Origin: Eledone cirrhosa | Lineage: Eukaryota | Reading direction: 5' to 3' | DNA: 64,000 bases | NCBI GenBank assembly: GCA_964016885.1 | Contig: OZ024741.1 | Span: 414,408,001 to 414,472,000 of the forward strand | Shown here: positions 1 to 12,480 of the stretch, piece after piece | Position numbering within the stretch: position 1 is the first letter of the stretch | Layout of the letters: the number at the start of each line of letters is the position of its first letter | Position numbers and translations under genes: made by a program | The notes under the pieces: model-generated | What the model was told of the DNA's origin: nothing | What the model saw: the letters and a program-made list of their open reading frames with translations, nothing else | Databases searched by the model: none

Positions 1-3000
1 TTTCAGTACTGACCTTTAACCCCTCAACCCTGCTAACCCAATATTACAATACTAACCTTTAACCCCTCAACCCTGCTAACCCAATATTACAATACTAACC
101 TTTAACCCCTCAACCCTGCTAACCCAATATCTCAGTACTGACCTTTAACCCCTCAACCCTGCTAACCCAATATTTCAGTACTAACCTTTAACCCCTCAAC
201 CCTGCTAACCCAATAGTACAATACTAACCTTTAACCCCTCAACCCTGCTAACCCAATATTTCAATACTAACCTTTAACTCCTCAACCCTGCTAACCCAAT
301 ATTTCAGTACTGACCTTTAACCCCTCAACCCTGCTAACCCAATATTTCAGAACTAACCTTTAACCCCTCAACCCTGCTAACCCAATATTTCAATACTAAC
401 CTTTAACTCCTCAACCCTGCTAACCCAATATTTCAGTACTAACCTTTACCCCCTCAACCCTGCTAACCCAATATTTCAGTACTGACCTTTAACCCCTCAA
501 CCCTGCTAACCCAATATTTCAATACTAATCTTTAACCCCTCAACCCTGCTAACCCAATATTTCAGTACTGACCTTTAACCCCTCAACCCTGCTAACCCAA
601 TATTTCAGTACTAACCTTTAACCCCTCAACCCTGCTAACCCAATATTACAATACTAACCTTTAACCCCTCAACCCTGCTAACCCAATATTTCAGTACTGA
701 CCTTTTACCCCTCAACCCTGCTAACCCAATATTTGAGTACTGACCTTTAACCCCTCAACCCTGCTAACCCAATATTACAATACTAACCTTTAAACCCTCA
801 ACCCTGCTAACCCAATATTACAATACTAACCTTTAACCCCTCAACCCTGCTAACCCAATATCTCAGTACTGACCTTTAACCCCTCAACCCTGCTAACCCA
901 ATATTTCAGTACTAACCTTTAACCCCTCAACCCTGCTAACCCAATAGTACAATACTAACCTTTAAACCCTCAACCCTGCTAACCCAATATTACAATACTA
1001 ACCTTTAACCCCTCAACCCTGCTAACCCAATATCTCAGTACTGACCTTTAACCCCTCAACCCTGCTAACCCAATATTTCAGTACTGACATTTAACCCCTC
1101 AACCCTGCTAACCCAATATTTCAGTACTAACCTTTAACCCCTCAACCCTGCTAACCCAATATTTCAATACTAACCTTTAACTCCTCAACCCTGCTAACCC
1201 AATATTTCAGTACTGACCTTTAACCCCTCAACCCTGCTAACCCAATATTTCAGTACTAACCTTTCACCCCTCAACCCTGCTAACCCAATATTTCAGTACT
1301 GACCTTTAAGCCCTCAACCCTGCTAACCCAATATTTCAGTACTGACCTTTAACCCCTCAACCCTGCTAACCCAATATTTCAATACTAACCTTTAACCCCT
1401 CAACCCTGCTAACCCAATATTACAATACTAACCTTTAACCCCTCAACCCTGCTAACCCAATATCTCAGTACTGACCTTTAACCCCTCAACCCTGCTAACC
1501 CAATATTTCAGTACTAACCTTTAACCCCTCAACCCTGCTAACCCAATAGTACAATACTAACCTTTAACCCCTCAACACTGCTAACCCAATATTTCAATAC
1601 TAACCTTTAACTCCTCAACCCTGCTAACCCAATATTTCAGTGCTGACCTTTAACCCCTCAACCCTGCTAACCCAATATTTCAGTACTAACCTTTAACCCC
1701 TCAACCCTGCTAACCCAATATTTCAGTACTGACCTTTAACCCCTCAACCCTGCTAACCCAATATTTCAGTACTGACCTTTAACCCCTCAACGCTGCTAAC
1801 CCAATATTTCAATACTAACCTTTAACTCCTCAACCCTGCTAACCCAATATTTCAGTACTGACCTTTAACCCCTCAACCCTGCTAACCCAATATTTCAGTA
1901 CTAACCTTTAACCCCTCAACCCTGCTAACCCAATATTTCAATACTAACCTTTAACTCCTCAACCCTGCTAACCCAATATTTCAGTACTAACCTTTAACCC
2001 CTCAACCCTGCTAACCCAATATTTCAATACTAACCTTTAACCCCTCAACCCTGCTAACCCAATATTTCAATACTAACCTTTAACCCCTCAACCCTGCTAA
2101 CCCAATATTACAATACTAACCTTTAACCCCTCAACCCTGCTAACCCAATATTTCAGTACTGACCTTTAACCCCTCAACCCTGCTAACCCAATATTTCAGT
2201 ACTAACCTTTAACCCCTCAACCCTGCTAACCCAATATTTCAGTACTGACCTTTAACCCCTCAACCCTGCTAACCCAATATTTCAATACTAATCTTTAACC
2301 CCTCAACCCTGCTAACCCAATATTTCAGTACTGACCTTTAACCCCTCAACCCTGCTAACCCAATATTTCAGTACTAACCTTTAACCCCTCAACCCTGCTA
2401 ACCCAATATTACAATACTAACCTTTAACCCCTCAACCCTGCTAACCAAATATTTCAATACTAACCTTTAACCCCTCAACCCTGCTAACCCAATATTTCAA
2501 TACTAACCTTTAACCCCTCAACCCTGCTAACCCAATATTTCAATACTAACCTTTAACCCCTCAACCCTGCTAACCCAATATTACAATACTAACCTTTAAC
2601 CCCTCAACCCTGCTAACCCAATATTTCAGTACTGACCTTTTACCCCTCAACCCTGCTAACCCAATATTTGAGTACTGACCTTTAACACCTCAACCCTGCT
2701 AACCCAATATTACAATACTAACCTTTAAACCCTCAACCCTGCTAACCCAATATTACAATACTAACCTTTAACCCCTCAACCCTGCTAACCCAATATCTCA
2801 GTACTGACCTTTAACCCCTCAACCCTGCTAACCCAATATTTCAGTACTAACCTTTAACCCCTCAACCCTGCTAACCCAATAGTACAATACTAACCTTTAA
2901 ACCCTAAACCCTGCTAACCCAATATTACAATACTAACCTTTAACCCCTCAACCCTGCTAACCCAATATTTCAGTACTGACCTTTAACCCCTCAACCCTGC

Positions 3001-6000
3001 TAACCCAATATTTCAGTACAGACCTTTAACCCCTCAACGCTTCTAACCCAGTATTTCAATACTAACCTTTAACTCCTCAACCCTGCTAACCCAATATTTC
3101 AGTACTGACCTTTAACCCCTCAACCCTGCTAACCCAATATTTCAGTACTAACCTTTAACCCCTCAACCCTGCTAACCCAATATTTCAATACTAACCTTTA
3201 ACCCCTCAACCCTGCTAACCCAATATTTCAGTACTGACCTTTAACCCCTCAACCCTGCTAACCCAATATTTCAGTACTGACCTTTAACCCCTCAACCCTG
3301 CTAACCCAATATTTCAGTACTGACCTTTAACCCCTCAACCCTGCTAACCCAATATTTCAGTACAGACCTTTAACCCCTCAACCCTGCTAACCCAATATTT
3401 CAATACTAACCTTTAACCCCTCAACCCTGCTAACCCAATATTTCAATACTAACCTTTAACCCCTCAACCCTGCTAACCCAATATTTCAGTACTAACCTTT
3501 AACCCCTCAACCCTGCTAACCCAATATTTCAATACTAACCTTTCACCCCTCAACCCTGCTAACCCAATATTTCAGTACTGACCTTTAACCCCTCAACCCT
3601 GCTAACCCAATATTTCAGTACTAACCTTTAACCCCTCAACCCTGCTAACCCAATATTTCAATACTGACCTTTAACCCCTCAACCCTGCTAACCCAATATT
3701 TCAATACTAATCATTAACCCCTCAACCCTGCTAACCCAATATTTCAGTACTGACCTTTAACCCCTCAACGCTGCTAACCCAATATTACAATACTAACTTT
3801 TAACCCCTCAACCCTGCTAACCCAATATTTCAATACTAACCTTTAACCCCTCAACCCTGCTAACCCAATATTTCAGTACTGACCTTTAACCCCTCAACCC
3901 TGCTAACCCAATATTACAATACTAACCTTTAACCCTTCAACCCTGCTAACCCAAAATATTTCAATACTAACCTTTAACCCCTCAACCCTGCTAACCCAAT
4001 ATTTCAGTACTGACCTTTAACCCCTCAACCCTGCTAACCCAATATTTCAGTAGTGACCTTTAACCCCTCAACCCTGCTAACCCAATATTTCAGTACTGAC
4101 CTTTAACCCCTCAACCTTGCTAACCCAATATTTCAATACTAACATTTAACCCTCAACCCTGCTAACCAAATATTTCAATACTGACCTTTAACCCCTCAAC
4201 CCTGCTAACCCAATATTTCAGTACTGACCTTTAACCCCTCAACCCTGCTAACCCAATATTTCAGTACTGACCTTTAACCCCTCAACCTTGCTAACCCAAT
4301 ATTTCAATACTAACCTTTAACCCTCAACCATGCTAACCCAATATTTCAATACTGACCTTTAACCCCTCAACCCTGCTAACCCAATATTTCAGTACTGACC
4401 TTTAACTCCTCAACCCTGCTAACCCAATATTTCAATACTAACCTTTAACTCCTCAACCCTGCTAACCCAATATTTCAGTACTGACCTTTAACCCCTCAAC
4501 CCTGCTAACCCAATATTTCAATACTAACCTTTAACCCCTCAACCCTGCTAACCCAATATTTCAATACTAACCTTTAACTCCTCAACCCTGCTAACCAAAT
4601 ATTTCAGTACTGACCTTTAACCCCTCAACCCTGCTAACCCAATATTTCAATACTAACCTTTAAACCCTCAACCCTGCTAACCCAATATTTCAATACTGAC
4701 CTTTAACCCCTCAACCCTGCTAACCCAAGATTTCAGTACTGACCTTTAACCCCTCAACCCTGCTAACCCAATATTTCAATACTGACCTTTAACCCCTCAA
4801 CCCTGCTAACCCAATATTTCAATACTAACCTTTAACTCATCAACCCTGCTAACCCAATATTTCAATACTAACCTTTAACCCCTCAACCCTGCTAACCCAA
4901 TATTTCAATACTAACCTTTAACCCCTCAACCCTGCTAACCCAATATTTCAGTATTGACCTTTAACCCCTCAACGCTGCTAACCCAATATTACAATACTAA
5001 CCTTTAACCCCTCAACCCTGCTAACCCAATATTTCAATACTAACCTTTAACCCCTCAACCCTGCTAACCCGATATTTCAGTACTAACCTTTAACCCCTCA
5101 ACCCTGGTAACCCAATATTTCAATACTAACCTTTAACCCCTCAACCCTGCTAACCCAATATTTCAATACTAGCCTTTAACCCCTCAACCCTACTAACCCA
5201 ATATTTCAATACTAACCTTTAACCCCTCAACCCTGCTAACCCAATATTTCAGTACTAACCTTTAACCCCTCAACCCTCCTAACCCAATATTTCAGTACTG
5301 AACTTTAACCCCTCAACCCTGCTAACCCAATATTTCAGTACTAACCTTTAACCCCTCAAACCTGCTAACCAAATATTTCAAGACTGAACTTTAACCCCTC
5401 AACCCTGCTAACCCAATATTTCAGTACTAACCTTTACCCCCTCAACCCTGCTAACCCAATATTTCAGTACTGACCTTTAACCCCTCAACCCTGCTAACCC
5501 AATATTTCAATACTAATCTTTAACCCCTCAACCCTGCTAACCCAATATTTCAGTACTGACCTTTAACCCCTCAACCCTGCTAACCCAATATTACAATACT
5601 AACCTTTAAACCCTCAACCCTGCTAACCCAATATTACAATACTAACCTTTAACCCCTCAACCCTGCTAACCCAATATCTCAGTACTGACCTTTAACCCCT
5701 CAACCCTGCTAACCCAATATTTCAGTACTAACCTTTAACCCCTCAACCCTGCTAACCCAATAGTACAATACTAACCTTTAACCCCTCAACCCTGCTAACC
5801 CAATATTTCAGTACTGACCTTTAACCCCTCAACCCTGCTAACCCAATATTTCAGTACTGACCTTTAACCCCTCAACCCTGCTAACCCAATATTTCAATAC
5901 TGACCTTTAACCCCTCAACCCTGCTAACCCAATATTTCAATACTAACCATTAACCCCTCAACCCTGCTAACCCAATATTTCAGTACTGACCTTTAAACCC

Positions 6001-7309
6001 TCAACGCTGCTAACCCAATATTACAATACTAACCTTTAACCCCTCAACCCTGCTAACCCAATATTTCAATACTAACCTTTAACCCCTCAACCCTGCTAAC
6101 CCAATATTTCAGTACTGACCTTTAACCCCTCAACGCTGCTAACCCAATATTTCAATACTAACCTTTAACTCCTCAACCCTGCTAACCCAATATTTCAGTA
6201 CTGACCTTTAACCCCTCAACCCTGCTAACCCAATATTTCAGTACTAACCTTTAACCCCTCAACCCTGCTAACCCAATATTTCAATACTAACCTTTAACCC
6301 CTCAACTCTGCTAACCCAATATTACAATACTAACCTTTAACCCCTCAACCCTGCTAACCCAATATTTCAGTACTGACCTTTAACCCCTCAACCCTGCTAA
6401 CCCAATATTTCAGTACTGACCTTTAACCCCTCAACCCTGCTAACCCAATATTACAATACTAACCTTTAACCCCTCAACCCTGCTAACCCAATATTTCAGT
6501 ACTAACCTTTAACCCCTCAACCCTGCTAACCCAATATTACAATACTAACCTTTAACCCCTCAACCCTGCTAACCCAATATTACAATACTAACCTTTAACC
6601 CCTCAACCCTGCTAACCCAATATTTCAGTACTGACCTTTAACCCCTCAACCCTGCTAACCCAATATTTCAGTACTGACCTTTAACCCCTCAACCCTGCTA
6701 ACCCAATATTTCAGTACTAACCTTTAACCCCTCAACCCTGCTAACCCAATATTACAATACTAACCTTTAACACCTCAACCCTGCCAACGCAATATTTCAA
6801 TACTAACCTTTAACCCCTCAACCCTGCTAACCCAATAGTACAATACTAACCTTTAAACCCTCAACCCTGCTAACCCAATAGTACAATACTAACCTTTAAA
6901 CCCTCAACCCTGCTAACCCAATATTACAATACTAACCTTTAACCCCTCAACCCTGCTAACCCAATATTTCAGTACTGACCTTTAACCCCTCAACCCTGCT
7001 AACCCAATATTACAATACTAACCTTTAACCCCTCAACCCTGCTAACCCAATATTTCAGTACTAACCTTTAACCCCTCAATCCTGCTAACCCAATATTACA
7101 ATACTAACCTTTAACCCCTCAACCCTGCTAACCCAATATTACAATACTAACCTTTAACCCCTCAACCCTGTTAACCCAATATTTCAGTACTGACCTTTAA
7201 CCCCTCAACCCTGCTAACCCAATATTTCAGTACTGACCTTTAACCCCTCAACCCTGCTAACCCAATATTTCAGTACTAACCTTTAACCCCTCAACCCTGC
7301 TAACCCAAT

Positions 7310-9900
7310 ATTACAATACTAACCTTTAACACCTCAACCCTGCCAACGCAATATTTCAATACTAACCTTTAACCCCTCAACCCTGCTAACCCAATATTAC
7401 AATAATAACCTTTAACACCTCAACCCTGCCAACGCAATATTTCAATACTAACCTTTAGCCCCTCAACACTGCTAACCCAATATTTCAGTACTGACCTTTA
7501 ACCCCTCAACCCTGCTAACCCAATATTTCAGTACTGACCTTTAACCCCTCAACCCTGCTAACCCAATATTACAATACTAACCTTTAACCCCTCAACCCTG
7601 CTAACCCAATATTACAATACTAACCTTTAACCCCTCAACCTTGCTAACCCAATATCTCAGTACTGACCTTTAACCCCTCAACCCTGCTAACCCAATATTT
7701 CAGTACTAACCTTTAACCCCTCAACCCTGCTAACCCAATATTACAATACTAACCTTTAACACCTCAACCCTGCCAACGCAATATTTCAATACTAACCTTT
7801 AACCCCTCAACCCTGCTAACCCAATATTACAATACTAACCTTTAACACCTCAACCCTGCCAACGCAATATTTCAATACTAACCTTTAACCCCTCAACCCT
7901 GCTAACCCAATATTACAATACTAACCTTTAACACCTCAACCCTGCCAACGCAATATTTCAATACTAACCTTTAACCCCTCAACCCTGCTAACCCAATATT
8001 ACAATACTAACCTTTAACACCTCAACCCTGCCAACGCAATATTTCAATACTAACCTTTAACCCCTCAACACTGCTAACCCAATATTTCAGTACTGACCTT
8101 TAACCCCTCAACCCTGCTAACCCAATATTTCAGTACTGACCTTTAACCCCTCAACCCTGCTAACCCAATATTTCAGTACTGACCTTTAACCCCTCAACCC
8201 TGCTAACCCAATATTACAATACTAACCTTTAACCCCTCAACCCTGCTAACCCAATATTACAATACTAACCTTTAACCCCTCAACCTTGCTAACCCAATAT
8301 CTCAGTACTGACCTTTAACCCCTCAACCCTGCTAACCCAATATTTCAGTACTAACCTTTAACCCCTCAACCCTGCTAACCCAATAGTACAATACTAACCT
8401 TTAACCCCTCAACCCTGCTAACCCAATATTTCAATACTAACCTTTAACCCCTCAACCCTGTTAACCCAATATTTCAGTACTGACCTTTAACCCCTCAACC
8501 CTGCTAACCCAATATTTCAGTACTGACCTTTAACCCCTCAACCCTGCTAACCCAATATTTCAGTACTAACCTTTAACCCCTCAACCCTGCTAACCCAATA
8601 TTACAATACTAACCTTTAACACCTCAACCCTGCCAACGCAATATTTCAATACTAACCTTTAACCCCTCAACCCTGCTAACCCAATATTACAATACTAACC
8701 TTTAACACCTCAACCCTGCCAACGCAATATTTCAATACTAACCTTTAGCCCCTCAACACTGCTAACCCAATATTTCAGTACTGACCTTTAACTCCTCAAC
8801 CCTGCTAACCCAATATTTCAGTACTGACCTTTAACCCCTCAACCCTGCTAACCCAATATTACAATACTAACCTTTAACCCCTCAACCCTGCTAACCCAAT
8901 ATTACAATACTAACCTTTAACCCCTCAACCTTGCTAACCCAATATCTCAGTACTGACCTTTAACCCCTCAACCCTGCTAACCTAATATTTCAGTACTAAC
9001 CTTTAACCCCTCAACCCTGCTAACCCAATATTACAATACTAACCTTTAACACCTCAACCCTGCCAACGCAATATTTCAATACTAACCTTTAACCCCTCAA
9101 CCCTGCTAACCCAATATTACAATACTAACCTTTAACACCTCAACCCTGCCAACGCAATATTTCAATACTAACCTTTAAATCCTCAACCCTGCTAACCCAA
9201 TATTACAATACTAACCTTTAACACCTCAACCCTGCCAACGCAATATTTCAATACTAACCTTTAACCCCTCAACCCTGCTAACCCAATATTACAATACTAA
9301 CCTTTAACACCTCAACCCTGCCAACGCAATATTTCAATACTAACCTTTAACCCCTCAACACTGCTAACCCAATATTTCAGTACTGACCTTTAACCCCTCA
9401 ACCCTGCTAACCCAATATTTCAGTACTGACCTTTAACCCCTCAACCCTGCTAACCCAATATTTCAGTACTGACCTTTAACCCCCCAACCCTGCTAACCCA
9501 ATATTACAATACTAACCTTTAACCCCTCAACCCTGCTAACCCAATATTACAATACTAACCTTTAACCCCTCAACCTTGCTAACCCAATATCTCAGTACTG
9601 ACCTTTAACCCCTCAACCCTGCTAACCCAATATTTCAGTACTAACCTTTAACCCCTCAACCCTGCTAACCCAATAGTACAATAGTAACCTTTAACCCCTC
9701 AACCCTGCTAACCCAATATTTCAATACTAACCTTTAACTCCTCAACCCTGCTAACCCAATATTTCAGTGCTGACCTTTAACCCCTCAACCCTGCTAACCC
9801 AATATTTCAGTACTAACCTTTAACCCCTCAACCCTGCTAACCCAATATTTCAGTACTGACCTTTAACCCCTCAACCCTGCTAACCCAATATTTCAGTACT
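7310..9900 (+). repeat. Higher-order repeat domain: ~30-monomer (1290 bp) units containing 86-bp dimer runs; copied again at about 19130-21700
   Basis: The TTTAGCCCC marker G is at 7458 and 8748 (+1290) and at 19283 and 20573 (+1290). The AATAATAACC marker is at 7401 and 19226 (+11825 = 275 monomers). Boundaries are approximate. Confidence 0.85.
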
Positions 9901-10492
9901 GACCTTTAACCCCTCAACCCTGCTAACCCAATATTTCAGTACTGACCTTTAACCCCTCAACCCTGCTAACCCAATATTTCAGTACTGACCTTTAACCCCT
10001 CAACCCTGCTAACCCAATATTTCAATACTAACCTTTAACCCCTCAACTCTGCTAACCCAATATTACAATACTAACCTTTAACCCCTCAACCCTGCTAACC
10101 CAATATTTCAGTACTGACCTTTAACCCCTCAACCCTGCTAACCCAATATTTACGTACTGACCTTTAACCCCTCAACCCTGCTAACCCAATATTACAATAC
10201 TAACCTTTAACCCCTCAACCCTGCTAACCCAATATTTCAGTACTAACCTTTAACCCCTCAACCCTGCTAACCCAATATTACAATACTAACCTTTAACCCC
10301 TCAACCCTGCTAACCCAATATTACAATACTAACCTTTAACCCCTCAACCCTGTTAACCCAATATTTAAGTACTGACCTTTAACCCCTCAACCCTGCTAAC
10401 CCAATATTTCAGTACTGACCTTTAACCCCTCAACCCTGCTAACCCAATATTTCAGTACTAACCTTTAACCCCTCAACCCTGCTAACCCAATA

Positions 10493-12480
10493 TTTCAGTA
10501 CTGACCTTTAACCCCTCAACCCTGCTAACCCAATATTACAATACTAACCTTTAACCCCTCAACCCTGCTAACCCAATATTACAATACTAACCTTTAACCC
10601 CTCAACCCTGCTAACCCAATATCTCAGTACTGACCTTTAACCCCTCAACCCTGCTAACCCAATATTTCAGTACTAACCTTTAACCCCTCAACCCTGCTAA
10701 CCCAATAGTACAATACTAACCTTTAACCCCTCAACCCTGCTAACCCAATATTTCAATACTAACCTTTAACTCCTCAACCCTGCTAACCCAATATTTCAGT
10801 ACTGACCTTTAACCCCTCAACCCTGCTAACCCAATATTTCAGAACTAACCTTTAACCCCTCAACCCTGCTAACCCAATATTTCAATACTAACCTTTAACT
10901 CCTCAACCCTGCTAACCCAATATTTCAGTACTAACCTTTACCCCCTCAACCCTGCTAACCCAATATTTCAGTACTGACCTTTAACCCCTCAACCCTGCTA
11001 ACCCAATATTTCAATACTAATCTTTAACCCCTCAACCCTGCTAACCCAATATTTCAGTACTGACCTTTAACCCCTCAACCCTGCTAACCCAATATTTCAG
11101 TACTAACCTTTAACCCCTCAACCCTGCTAACCCAATATTACAATACTAACCTTTAACCCCTCAACCCTGCTAACCCAATATTTCAGTACTGACCTTTTAC
11201 CCCTCAACCCTGCTAACCCAATATTTGAGTACTGACCTTTAACCCCTCAACCCTGCTAACCCAGTATTACAATACTAACCTTTAAACCCTCAACCCTGCT
11301 AACCCAATATTACAATACTAACCTTTAACCCCTCAACCCTGCTAACCCAATATCTCAGTACTGACCTTTAACCCCTCAACCCTGCTAACCCAATATTTCA
11401 GTACTAACCTTTAACCCCTCAACCCTGCTAACCCAATAGTACAATACTAACCTTTAAACCCTCAACCCTGCTAACCCAATATTACAATACTAACCTTTAA
11501 CCCCTCAACCCTGCTAACCCAATATCTCAGTACTGACCTTTAACCCCTCAACCCTGCTAACCCAATATTTCAGTACTGACATTTAACCCCTCAACCCTGC
11601 TAACCCAATATTTCAGTACTAACCTTTAACCCCTCAACCCTGCTAACCCAATATTTCAATACTAACCTTTAACTCCTCAACCCTGCTAACCCAATATTTC
11701 AGTACTGACCTTTAACCCCTCAACCCTGCTAACCCAATATTTCAGTACTAACCTTTCACCCCTCAACCCTGCTAACCCAATATTTCAGTACTGACCTTTA
11801 AGCCCTCAACCCTGCTAACCCAATATTTCAGTACTGACCTTTAACCCCTCAACCCTGCTAACCCAATATTTCAATACTAACCTTTAACCCCTCAACCCTG
11901 CTAACCCAATATTACAATACTAACCTTTAACCCCTCAACCCTGCTAACCCAATATCTCAGTACTGACCTTTAACCCCTCAACCCTGCTAACCCAATATTT
12001 CAGTACTAACCTTTAACCCCTCAACCCTGCTAACCCAATAGTACAATACTAACCTTTAACCCCTCAACACTGCTAACCCAATATTTCAATACTAACCTTT
12101 AACTCCTCAACCCTGCTAACCCAATATTTCAGTGCTGACCTTTAACCCCTCAACCCTGCTAACCCAATATTTCAGTACTAACCTTTAACCCCTCAACCCT
12201 GCTAACCCAATATTTCAGTACTGACCTTTAACCCCTCAACCCTGCTAACCCAATATTTCAGTACTGACCTTTAACCCCTCAACGCTGCTAACCCAATATT
12301 TCAATACTAACCTTTAACTCCTCAACCCTGCTAACCCAATATTTCAGTACTGACCTTTAACCCCTCAACCCTGCTAACCCAATATTTCAGTACTAACCTT
12401 TAACCCCTCAACCCTGCTAACCCAATATTTCAATACTAACCTTTAACTCCTCAACCCTGCTAACCCAATATTTCAGTACT
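10493..12480 (+). repeat. Near-identical copy of 1-1988 (offset 10492 bp = 244 monomers)
   Basis: Rare variants recur in the same order at +10492: CAGAACT 351/10843, CCTTTTACCC 701/11193, ATTTGAG 731/11223, GTACTGACAT 1081/11573, TTTAAG 1310/11802, CTCAACAC 1571/12063, TGCTGACC 1641/12133, CGCTG 1791/12283. There is one private SNV (CCAGTATT, ~11264). Confidence 0.93.

Noticed and set aside
16-24. TTAACCCCT resembling a piggyBac TTAA target plus CCC terminus
   Set aside because: It is too short, there is no inverted partner because all monomers face the same way, and no transposase sequence is present.
3951-4330. Apparently compensating indels (+2 at ~3953, -1 at ~4150, -1 at ~4321; repeated at 15090-15460) that restore 43-bp phase
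   Set aside because: The homologous block at about 36900-37180 has three -1 deletions and no +2, so phase is not conserved. The repeat at 15 kb is the same event duplicated, so this is likely coincidence.
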